NCBI GenBank assembly: GCA_002269645.1
Contig: NIVC01000405.1
Coordinates: 242,956 to 306,955, forward strand
Source of the DNA: Macrostomum lignano
Lineage: Eukaryota
DNA length: 64,000 nt
Direction of reading: 5' to 3'
Positions 24,701-36,700 of this stretch are shown here, one piece after another (the first letter of the stretch is position 1; every line of letters starts with the position of its first letter). The notes under the pieces were generated by a model. It was not told where the DNA came from. It saw only the letters and a program-made list of their open reading frames with translations, and ran no database searches. The position numbers were made by a program, and so were the translations under genes.

Positions 24701-27700
24701 GTAATTCTACATGCTGTATTTTGCATCCTGTATTCTGCATCCTGTATTCTGCATCCTGTATTCTGCATCCTGTATTCTGCATCCTGTATTCTGCATCCTG
24801 TATTCTGCATCCTGTATTCTGCATCTTGGATTCTGCATCCTGTATTCTGCATCCTGTATTCTGCATTCTGTATTCTGCATCCTGTATTCTGCACCCTGTA
24901 TTCCCTATTTCTCTATTCTGTATTCTGTAATTCTACATGCTGTATTTTGCATCCTGTATTCTGCATCCTGTATTCTGCATCCTGTATTCTGCATCCTGTA
25001 TTCTGCATCCTGTATTCTGCATCCTGTATTCTGCATCCTGTATTCTGCATCCTGTATTCTGCATCCTGTATTCTGCATCCTGTATTCTGCATCCTGTATT
25101 CTGCATCCTGTATTCTGCATCCTGTATTCTGCATCCTGTATTCTGCATCCTGTATTCTGCATCCTGTATTCTGCATCCTGTATTCTGCATCCTGTATTCT
25201 GCATCTTGGATTCTGCATCTTGGATTCTGCATCCTGTATTCTGCATCCTGTATTCTGCATCTTGGATTCTGCATCCTGTATTCTGCATCCTGTATTCTGC
25301 ATCCTGTATTCTGCATCCTGTATTCTGCATCCTGTATTCTGCATCTTGGATTCTGCATCTTGGATTCTGCATCCTGTATTCTGCATCCTGTATTCTGCAT
25401 CTTGGATTCTGCATCTTGGATTCTGCATCTTGGATTCTGCATCCTGGATTCTGCATCCTGTATTCTGCATCTTGGATTCTGCATCTTGGATTCTGCATCC
25501 TGTATTCTGCATCCTGTATTCTGCATCTTGGATTCTGCATCTTGGATTCTGCATCTTGGATTCTGCATCCTGGATTCTAAATCCTGTATTCTGTAGGTCA
25601 TATACTGCATCCTGTAAACTTAGAATTAGACAACCAATAGCATTGTAAAGAGAGTCTTTCAGCTTATCTAGCGCCTTGTTATAATTAAAACAAAAAGGTG
25701 GAACTAACTAACTGCAGAAAAAGACAATTGCAAACAATAAAATGAGATGATGCGTGAAAACTGCGTGACATGTTGATGGCAGCTGTTAAACTGAAACTGT
25801 AATAAAAGTCTGGGAGAAATGAGGATTCCACTCCCAGCAGGCCAATAAAGGAATTATGACTGGGCAATCGCCTCAGGCATTTCATGGTCTCCTGGGATTT
25901 GCTGCCTGCATGAGAAATGAGGGCTATGAGAGACGCACGGTGAGTCCCAATTTCTGCTTCTGGCTCAATTTTCTAGAAACTTGGCGGGGCACGTGACGCG
26001 TTGAAATTTTGGGACTTTGGAGCAGCATAAGGGGTTGAGTAGGATTTGTGAGTGATGAGTGAGTTCAGAATTTTATGCATCAATTAAGTAATATCCAGTG
26101 TCTCTAGAGTGAGATTCTCAATATGCAGCCAGTGTCTCTAGGTGAGACTCTCACTGCAGCCAGTGTCTCTAGGTGAGACTCTCAGTGCAGCCAGTGTCTC
26201 TAGGGTGAGATTCTCACTGCAGCCAGTGTCTCTAGGTGAGACTCTCAGTGCAGCCAGTGTCTCTAGGGTGAGATTCTCACTGCAGCCAGTGTCTCTAGGG
26301 TGAGATTCTCAATATGCAGCCAGTGTCTCTAGGTGAGACTCTCACTGCAGCCAGTGTCTCTAGGGTCAGACTCTCAGTGCAGCCAGTGTCTCTAGGTGAG
26401 ATTCTCAATATGCAGCCAGTGTCTCTAGGGTGAGACTCTCAGTGCAGCCAGTGTCTCTAGGGTGAGATTCTCAACATGCAGCCAGTGTCTCTAGGTGAGA
26501 CTCTTACTGCAGCCAGTGTCTCTAGGGTGAGATTCTCAATATGCAGCCAGTGTCTCTAGGGTGAGATTCTCAATATGCAGCCAGTGTCTCTAGGGTGAGA
26601 TTCTCAACATGCAGCCAGTGTCTCTAGGGTGAGATTCTCAATATGCAGCCAGTGTCTCTAGGTGAGACTCTCACTGCAGCCAGTGTCTCTAGGGTGAGAT
26701 TCTCAATATGCAGCCAGTGTCTCTAGGGTGAGACTCTCAGTGCAGCCAGTGTCTCTAGGTGAGACTCTCACTGCAGCCAGTGTCTCTAGGGTGAGATTCT
26801 CAATATGCAGCCAGTGTCTCTAGGGCAGACTCTCACTGCAGCCAGTGTCTCTAGGGTGAGATTCTCAATATGCAGCCAGTGTCTCTAGGGTGAGATTCTC
26901 AATATGCAGCCAGTGTCTCTAGGGTGAGATTCTCAATATGCAGCCAGTGTCTCTAGGGTGAGATTCTCAGTATGCAGCCAGTGTCTCTAGGGTGAGACTC
27001 TCACTGCAGCCAGTGTCTCTAGGTGAGATTCTCAATATGCAGCCAGTGTCTCTAGGGTGAGACTCTCAGTGCAGCCAGTGTCTCTAGGTGAGACTCTCAC
27101 TGCAGCCAGTGTCTCTAGGGTGAGATTCTCAATATGCAGCCAGTGTCTCTAGGGTGAGACTCTCAGTGCAGCCAGTGTCTCTAGGTGAGACTCTCACTGC
27201 AGCCAGTGTCTCTAGGGTGAGATTCTCAATATGCAGCCAGTGTCTCTAGGTGAGATTCTCAATATGCAGCCAGTGTCTCTAGGGTGAGACTCTCAGTGCA
27301 GCCAGTGTCTCTAGGTGAGACTCTCACTGCAGCCAGTGTCTCTAGGGTCAGACTCTCACTGCAGCCAGTGTCTCTAGGGTGAGACTCTCAGTGCAGCCAG
27401 TGTCTCTAGGTGAGACTCTCACTGCAGCCAGTGTCTCTAGGGTCAGACTCTCACTGCAGCCAGTGTCTCTAGGGTGAGATTCTCAATACAGCCAGTGTCT
27501 CTAGGGTGAGATTCTCAATATGCAGCCAGTGTCTCTAGGTGAGATTCTCAATATGCAGCCAGTGTCTCTAGGGTGAGATTCTCAATACAGCCAGTGTCTC
27601 TAGGGTGAGATTCTCAATATGCAGCCAGTGTCTCTAGGTGAGATTCTCAATATGCAGCCAGTGTCTCTAGGTGAGACTCTCACTGCAGCCAGTGTCTCTA

Positions 27701-30700
27701 GGGTGAGATTCTCAATATGCAGCCAGTGTCTCTAGGGTGAGACTCTCAGTGCAGCCAGTGTCTCTAGGTGAGACTCTCACTGCAGCCAGTGTCTCTAGGG
27801 TGAGATTCTCAATATGCAGCCAGTGTCTCTAGGGTCAGACTCTCACTGCAGCCAGTGTCTCTAGGGTGAGATTCTCAATACAGCCAGTGTCTCTAGGGTC
27901 AGACTCTCACTGCAGCCAGTGTCTCTAGGGTGAGATTCTCAATACAGCCAGTGTCTCTAGGGTGAGATTCTCAATATGCAGCCAGTGTCTCTAGGTGAGA
28001 TTCTCAATATGCAGCCAGTGTCTCTAGGGTGAGACTCTCAGTGCAGCCAGTGTCTCTAGGTGAGACTCTCACTGCAGCCAGTGTCTCTAGGGTGAGATTC
28101 TCAATATGCAGCCAGTGTCTCTAGGGTGAGACTCTCAGTGCAGCCAGTGTCTCTAGGTGAGACTCTCACTGCAGCCAGTGTCTCTAGGGTGAGACTCTCA
28201 GTGCAGCCAGTGTCTCTAGGTGAGACTCTCACTGCAGCCAGTGTCTCTAGGGTCAGACTCTCACTGCAGCCAGTGTCTCTAGGGTGAGATTCTCAATACA
28301 GCCAGTGTCTCTAAGGTGAGATTCTCAATATGCAGCCAGTGTCTCTAGGTGAGATTCTCAATATGCAGCCAGTGTCTCTAGGGTGAGATTCTCAATACAG
28401 CCAGTGTCTCTAGGGTCAGACTCTCACTGCAGCCAGTGTCTCTAGGGTGAGATTCTCAATACAGCCAGTGTCTCTGGGGTGAGACTCTCAGTGCAGCCAG
28501 TGTCTCTAGGTGAGACTCTCACTGCAGCCAGTGTCTCTAGGGTGAGATTCTCAATATGCAGCCAGTGTCTCTAGGGTGAGACTCTCAGTGCAGCCAGTGT
28601 CTCTAGGTGAGACTCTCACTGCAGCCAGTGTCTCTAGGGTGAGATTCTCAATATGCAGCCAGTGTCTCTAGGGTCAGACTCTCACTGCAGCCAGTGTCTC
28701 TAGGGTGAGATTCTCAATACAGCCAGTGTCTCTAGGGTCAGACTCTCACTGCAGCCAGTGTCTCTAGGGTGAGATTCTCAATACAGCCAGTGTCTCTAGG
28801 GTGAGATTCTCAATACAGCCAGTGTCTCTAGGGTGAGATTCTCAATACAGCCAGTGTCTCTAGGGTGAGATTCTCAATACAGCCAGTGTCTCTAGGGTCA
28901 GACTCTCACTGCAGCCAGTGTCTCTAGGGTGAGATTCTCAATACAGCCAGTGTCTCTAGGGTCAGACTCTCACTGCAGCCAGTGTCTCTAGGGTGAGATT
29001 CTCAATACAGCCAGTGTCTCTAGGGTGAGATTCTCAATACAGCCAGTGTCTCTAGGGTCAGACTCTCACTGCAGCCAGTGTCTCTAGGGTGAGATTCTCA
29101 ATACAGCCAGTGTCTCTAGGGTGAGATTCTTAAAATGCAGCCAGTGTCTCTAGGGTGAGATTCTCAATATGCAGCCAGTGTCTCTAGGGTGCCTTGTATA
29201 GGGACTCTGTACACGCGTAAATAGCTTTACTGACTTCCTAAAACAGAGATTTCCACACAAGACATCAATGGCCAAGTCAGTTAGTTGATTAATTTTTAAA
29301 CAGTAAGACAGGCAAACCGGCTAGCTTTAAGTAACTTTTTTAGCTTTAATTCTTATTAGCTACTTAAATGTATTGATTGGAAAGAGCTTGTTTAACAAAA
29401 AAAGTTTTTATTTGAATTATCTTTTTTGGTCTTCCATGCGTCGATTAAGAAAGATAATTACTTACCATGAGTATAGGACCTTTCATTCTGGTATGAATTA
29501 ATAATTTATGAGCGCGCGCAAGCACGCAATTGTGTTGACAGGAGGAATGAAAACAATATTGTTGTAGTCAGGTAGTTCGGAAGAGGTTGTCTGCCCGCAT
29601 TGCGTGACTATCTTGCGGTAATCAAATTTATGGCACTTGGGTGGAACCAGAGTGCGTGAGATTTCGACGCCTGTGTCTTGCAGTTGGCTCAATTGACCTT
29701 CAGACTTAAACTGGCGCCAGTGAGTAAGTGCATCGGATTTAAACTAGCGCGCGACTAACCGCAGATTGAAACTGGCGCTACTGACAGCTCAGATTGAAAC
29801 TGGCGCCACCGACAGCTCAGATTGAAACTGGCGCTACTGACATCTCAGATTTAAACTGGCGCTACTGACAGCTCAGATTGAAACTGGCGCTACTGACAGC
29901 TCAGATTGAAACTGGCGCTACTGACAGCTCAGATTTAAACTGGCACTACAGACAGCTCAGATTGAAACTAGCGCTACTGACAGCTCAGATTGAAACTGGC
30001 ACTACTGACAGCTCAGATTGAAACTGGCGCTACAGACAGCTCAGATTGAAACTGGCGGGAACAGATTAAACAAATATTTGTTTATCCGGATAGATTGACA
30101 CATTAGCAAGATAGTTTTCCAATTTGCGCCAATTACTATGGTGTCAAGCAGCCATTTACTATGGTGTCACGTGACGCACTATAACTGTTTTGAATTTACC
30201 CTAAAATTTCGAAATGTATATACTCCAACACTACAAGCCAGAAGCCGTGGATGGCACTTATCACTTAATTCTGCCAGTTATCGAGATTTTGAAATGATTT
30301 TTGACAGGAAGCTGGCAGCTCTCGATCTGTCTCAGTCTGATTGGATCAGCTGCGGCTGATTAAGAGTCTCAAGCTGTCTGCTTCAGATATGATCGAGGAC
30401 CGAGGCCCTTCCGCTATAAAACTGCCGATAAGATGAGTAATCCGCCTCATCGAGACGGCTGCTGACAGCGGCTGGATGGGTGCGAAAAATGATGGAGAAG
30501 AGATGAAGAGGAAAATTGGAAGAATCTCTACTGAGCATATAGGCAAATAGAGGACTTTAGAATATCAGTTCAATCTCCTAGATCCAACTATTAGCATATG
30601 GTAGACACGGCCGATACGAAGAAAAATCCATTGACAATCAAAGTTTAGATATCTGGATTGGAAACTGAGCCATTTAGCATTTGGTCCAATAAAGTTTTAC

Positions 30701-33700
30701 AATAAAATCTATGAATTTCACGAAGGAACATTTTTATTTATTTCCAGATGCGATCGAAATCATATTTATATCTAAAAAAGTATAACAAAATACGACTTTG
30801 ATTTCAATTTTTCTCTCTAGGTTGTTGAGAATTCAGTTTTGAGTTTTCTTCAATTTTCAAAAGGAGTCCTTAAAAAGTTATAGCCGGTGCAAATATTGAT
30901 GGTCTTCGTGAGGCACACGAGCATAATTGTAACTTAAAATGCGATTAAACACTCCAGATTCTCTATCCAAATTAAAACACTCCCTGAGCATACTGGCTCA
31001 GCCTTAGCCTGAGCACACTTTGGTCTATCTGGAGTCATACCCCTGCCCCCTCAGGCCAGCCAATAAGAATGGAGGAGACGGAGAGGCCACAGAGAGAAAA
31101 CGGGTGAAGGGACGTCCAGCAGAGGCGCCTTGACTGTCAGCCCGAAGACTCAACACTGACCAATTGTAGCAATGCAACACTAAATATTAATGTGTAAAGC
31201 TTGGTTCTAGCAGTCGAAAAGAAACGCCTGCATTGTCAACCGCTTCGGTAAATACATTCCAGTACAATAGAGGCAAGACTGTACTGAACCCTGTACTTGG
31301 GCTCGCTAGTTTGAGTATTTGAGCAACATCGTGCATTCACTGCCAGGCGAAGAGGCCAACCCAGAGATAATAGAAAAAACTCAGTTCGACATCGCTGGGG
31401 ATAGAAAAGCGGAAATCGAGCCTGAGAACACGAAAACACAGATATATAGAGAAGGATAGTCTCATGCGTTGTTGAAAGGCAAGTCGAATGACAGACTGAA
31501 CTGTAGCTACCATTCGACAATGCTTCATCACAGATCCGGCTCGCGACTGCTAATGTTAGCAGCGTTCCTGGCGCTACCTGTTGCCTTGGTGAACTGTCAA
31601 ATGCTATCAAGTGTGGAACAGGTGAGCGGACGATTCAACCAAGTCTATCGAGGCAGAGTGAACAGCTCGGTGAACTATCTGTACGTATTCGGCTTTGTGG
31701 AGAAAGCGAACGCGACCCAAGCTGTCCGGGTTCACGTCGTCAGCTCGAGCGCCGGTCAGGACTACCCGGTGCTGTTCGTGGTCAGACAGCAGCGCTCGAT
31801 TCTGTCATTTCAACTGCCGCAAATTCTGGAAAATGAGTACTATTATAGCGAGGTCGCCAGGACACTTTGCCCGGTAGAGCGCTCGTCGAAAGGCGTCGCC
31901 GATAAGAACCAGACGATCTACATTGACGTGTCAAGCGCCAGTGCTCGAGCCGTGCCATTCCTGCTCAACGTTACTCTGGTCAGAGCCTTCATGCTGCAGG
32001 TGGGCCAGGTGTACCGCGACAGCGTGACGCCATCGAGACCGAAGTACTATCGGGTTGCATTTCCCCCGGGCGTGCGGCATCTGTCCATCATTGTTGAGTC
32101 AAACGACACGGCCTGCATGATAGTCAGCACACAGTCGGTTGGCTGTCCGGTCTACGATCTGGTGCGCAACGTGGAGTTCACCGGAGTGTATCAGACAATG
32201 TCTAGCAAGGCGGAGATTACACTCGGTAGGCACGATTTCGACAATGAAAGCTTCTACATTGTGTTCGTAATGAAGCCGTCGCAAGAGCATTGCAGCTTCA
32301 CCAGGTTGAAAGACCTGCAGCCTAAGGCACCCAGCGGTCCTTACAGCAGCAACATGGACTCCAGGGCGGCCGAGGATGCACTGGCGAATGCCACGGAGAT
32401 TCGAGGACCAAGCGGAGAAGTGGTGTTCACCAGCAAATCGTTTGTCTTCACCGTGGTTCAGTCGTTGGATAGGGGGCAGTACCTTCTTCCCGTGTTCGGA
32501 GCAGTAGCCTTCTTTTTGGCTTTCCATCTCATAGCTTTTCTCATTCTGCTGGTGCACTGGAAGGTCACGGGTGGCAACTCAGACGGTGACGGCGAAGCGG
32601 CCTGCGCCAATGTCAGTCTGTGCTGTCCGCGTCTCGACGGCAACGGAGGCACCGCCGAAGGCAGTCGACAGCGGCTCAATGAGAAACCGCAACCGTCTGG
32701 CAAGTCAACAGTCGAGCCGGCGAGCTACGGCAGCACGGTGGACGGTAAACCCAGAGGCGCCGCCGGCGATCGAGTCTCGCTGAAGCATCCGCGCTCCGAC
32801 ACCAGCGGGGCCGGGGCTGATGCCAACTCGGACACGGACGACGTTGGCAGCGGCAGCGATGACGCGCCGACTGATGATCGCGGAGTAGACGGCGGCGGTG
32901 TCGGCGGCGAAGGTGACGGCGGCGGTGTCGGCGGCGAAGGTGACGGCGGCGACGGTGTCAGGCATCGATTCGTTGACGCCGATGACGACAGTTTCATTGA
33001 TAGCGACGCGAAGCCGCACAGCCTGTTCGTGTCGGACCTGTGTCAGAAGCGACCGGCCGTGCTGCGCAACAAGTACAGGCTGTACTATTGGTACCTGATC
33101 ATTGTCAGCATATTCTACGGCCTGCCGGTGGTGCAGCTGGTGATCACCTATCAGCAGATCCTGCGCATCAGCGGCAACCAAGACATCTGCTATTACAATT
33201 TCTACTGCACCCGACCGCTAGGGGTGATCTCGGCATTCAATAACGTGTTCTCCAACATTGGCTATATCATGCTGGGCCTGCTGTTTCTGGGCCTGACCAG
33301 GCGGCGGGACCTGCTGGACAGGCGTCGCAGAAACGCCGCCGCGGCAGTCGCGGACGAAAGCGACTCTCAATCGGACCACCGCTGTCTGCTGGGCATTCCG
33401 CAGCATTTCGGCATCTTCTACTCTATGGGCATCGCGCTGATCATGGAGGGCATCATGTCCGGCTGCTATCACGTCTGTCCGAGCTATTCGAATTTCCAGT
33501 TCGACACGGCCTACATGTACGTGCTGGCAGTGCTGTGCATGCTGAAGATCTACCAGACCAGGCACCCGGACATCAACGCGTCGGCTCATGTGGCCTGCAT
33601 GGCCATGGCCATCGTCATCTTTGTCAGCGTGGTCGGCGTAGTCTACGGCACAGTGTTCTTCTGGGCCGCTTTCACCGTCTTCTTCATCTTGTCCAGCCTC

Positions 33701-36700
33701 TTTCTGACAGGTAAGAGAGAGACGACGGGCCTGAGTCCTAGCCCTAGCCCTAGCCCTAGCCCTAGCCTTAGCCTTAGCCTTAGCCTTAGCCCTAGCCCTA
33801 GCCCTAGCCCTTGCCCTAGCCCTAGCCTTAGCCCTAGCCCTAGCCCTAGCCCAAGCCAAAGCCTTAGCCCTAGCCTTAGCCTTAGCCCTAGCCCTAGCCC
33901 TAGCCTTAGCCCTAGCCCTAGCCCTAGCCCAAGCCCAAGCCTTAGCCCTAGCCTTAGCCTTAGCCCTAGCCCTAGCACTACCCCTAAACCTAGTCCTAGC
34001 CTTAGCCCTAACTTTTATCCTAGTCCTAGAATTTGTTTAGCTTGAATAATTGCCTCAGCGCTGGGGTTATTGGACGTTGTCACCGAATGCCTTGCACTCG
34101 CCTTCCTGTAGTAACAATTATTATCGTTATAATCTGGGGTTTGCAGCTGCAGAGCGCGTGATCGAGTCAATTCACTGAATACTTTTATCAATTGCATAGG
34201 ACTGCAATATAAATAGACAGTATATAAAATTGCAGTAGAAAATTGATTTCTGTTACAATTTAAAAAATTCTTCCCTTTTCATGGGGACTAATTCAGAATA
34301 GAAAGAAATATCTATATAGAAATTGAAAACGTGCTAGATAGCGGTTTGAAGCGGTCAGCTGGACCTGCCTGTTCCTTCCCGGATCAGGACAGTCTTGGAG
34401 AGGCTCTCCACTTGCCTACAATTGCAGGACAAAAACACTTAAAGTGCGTTACAGAGTTCTTCAGCACCGAACTTCTTTCCTAATCGCTCTACATCAATAT
34501 AAGAAAGAAGGTGCAATTCTAATCGAGTCATACTTTTTGTTTAAACAGCCCGTATTTATATAACGTGGCTATGAGCCGTCCTTGACTTCTCTTGATTGAA
34601 ATGGCGCCCCACTCAGATTAAAAATGACGCCCCACTCAGATTAAAATGGCGACCCACTCAGTTTGATTTGATTAAAATGGCGCCCCACTCAGATTGAAAT
34701 GGCGCCCCACTCAGATTAAAATGGCGCCCAACTTAGATTGAAATGGCGCCCCACTCAGATTAAAATGGCGCCCCACTCAGATTAAAATGGCGCCCCACTC
34801 AGATTGAAATGGCGCCCCACTTAGATTAAAATGGCGCCCCACTCAGGTTGAAATGGTGCCCCAATCAGATTGAAATGGCGCCCCACTCAGATTAAAATGG
34901 CGCCCAACTTAGATTGAAATGGCGCCCCACTCAGATTAAAATGGCGCCCCACTCAGATTAAAATGGCGCCCCACTCAGATTGAAATGGCGCCCCACTTAG
35001 ATTAAAATGGCGCCCCACTCAGGTTGAAATGGTGCCCCAATCAGATTGAAATGGCGCCCAACTTAGGTTAAAATGGCGCCCCACTCAGATTGAAATGGCG
35101 CCCCACTCAGATTAAAATGGCGCCCCACTCAGATTGAAATGGCGCCCCACTTAGATTGAAATGGCGCCCCACTTAGATTGAAATGGCGCCCCACTCAGGT
35201 TGAAATGGTGCCCCAATCAGATTGAAATGGCGCCCAACTTAGATTGAAATGGCGCCCCACTCAGATTGAAATGGCGCCCCACTCAGCTTGAAATGGCGCC
35301 CCACTCAGATTGAAATGGCGGCCCACTCAGGTTGAAATGGTGCCCCAATCAGATTGAAATGGCGCCCAACTTAGATTGAAATGGCGCCCCACTCAGATTG
35401 AAATGGCGCCCCACTCAGCTTGAAATGGCGCCCCACTTAGATTGAAATGGCGCCCCACTCAGGTTGAAATGGCGCCCCACTCAGCTTGAAATGGCGCCCC
35501 ACTTAGATTGAAATGGCGCCCCACTCAGGTTGAAATGGTGCCCCAATCAGATTGAAATGGCGCCCAACTTAGATTGAAATGGCGCCCCACTCAGATTGAA
35601 ATGGCGCCCCACTCAGCTTGAAATGGCGCCCCACTCAGATTGAAATGGCGGCCCACTCAGGTTGAAATGGTGCCCCACTCAGATTGAAATGGCGCCCCAC
35701 TTAGATTGAAATGGCGCCCCACTCAGATTGAAATGGCGCCCCACTCAGCTTGAAATGGCGCCCCACTCAGATTGAAATGGTGCCCCAATCAGATTGAAAT
35801 GGCGCCCACTTAGATTGAAATGGCGCCCCACTCAGCTTGAAATGGCGCCCCACTCAGATTGAAATGGCGCCCCACTCAGATTGAAATGGTGCCCCAATCA
35901 GATTGAAATGGCGTCCACTCAGATTGAAATGGCGCCCCACTCAGCTTGAAATGGCGCCCCACTCAGATTGAAATGGTGCCCCAATCAGATTGAAATGGCG
36001 CCCCACTTAGATTGAAATGGCGCCCAACTCAGATGAAATAGCGACCCAGTTTTATATTATGATTAAGTCTATTCTTTGTACGGCATAACATTCTAAAATC
36101 TGAGGCAATGTTAAAAGTCAAAGCGCCTAGCTAATCTCAATAGCCTGAGCTTTGGTACAGTGGTACAGGACCTACTTTTAGATGAAGCTTCCGTTTCCTG
36201 AGCATTGAACATAAGGGGAGCCTACGCAGGGTGAAAAGCTCCATGGATTATTGAGTTTGAAAAAGAAAAAAAATTCCTGATTGCGTAGAGCCACTGTATC
36301 GGACACTGAGTTCCTGTTTTCGCCTCTCTAATGAATTTCAATAGTTGTTGTTGGAACTTTTCAAGCACACAACACTGCCAGGATTCACTTTGATAAATGG
36401 ATGGTTGCATTAATTGACACGCGCTTGTTAAACTTAAAAGTATAGAGTCTGGTTTATACTCATATTTGTAGTGTATATTTCTCGATTGATTTTGTCTATG
36501 GCCAAACCCCATTTAACGTTCTGCAAAATAGCCAATCTTTACAAAATCCGTTTAGAAAACAACATACTTGCTTCCCTAGGTCCTGATGACCCTAGGTCCT
36601 GATGACAATAGGTCCTGATGACCATAGTTTCTAATGACCATACATGTAGATCCAGATGACCATTAGGTCCTGATGACCTTAAGTTCTGATGACCATAGGT

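Noticed and set aside
23843-25648. Long Cys-rich ORFs ([14 protein letters not shown])n and their reverse ([14 protein letters not shown])n
   Set aside because: These are translations of a 14-bp satellite that is open in several frames on both strands, with no unique coding flanks or splice support.
26092-29190. CRISPR-like array (constant CAGCCAGTGTCTCTAG plus variable part)
   Set aside because: The variable parts are a few recurring 15-18-nt variants, not unique spacers. There are no cas genes and the context is eukaryotic and intronic.
33733-34030. True telomere or chromosome end
   Set aside because: The unit is mostly CTAGGG/CTAAGG rather than TTAGGG, is only ~300 nt long, and has gene sequence continuing on both sides.
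31469-34045. 858-aa single ORF ending in an extensin-like Ser-Pro tail
   Set aside because: The tail is a (CCCTAG)n intron read-through. A GT donor at 33711 splices in phase to the missing SID-1 C-terminal half at 37882.
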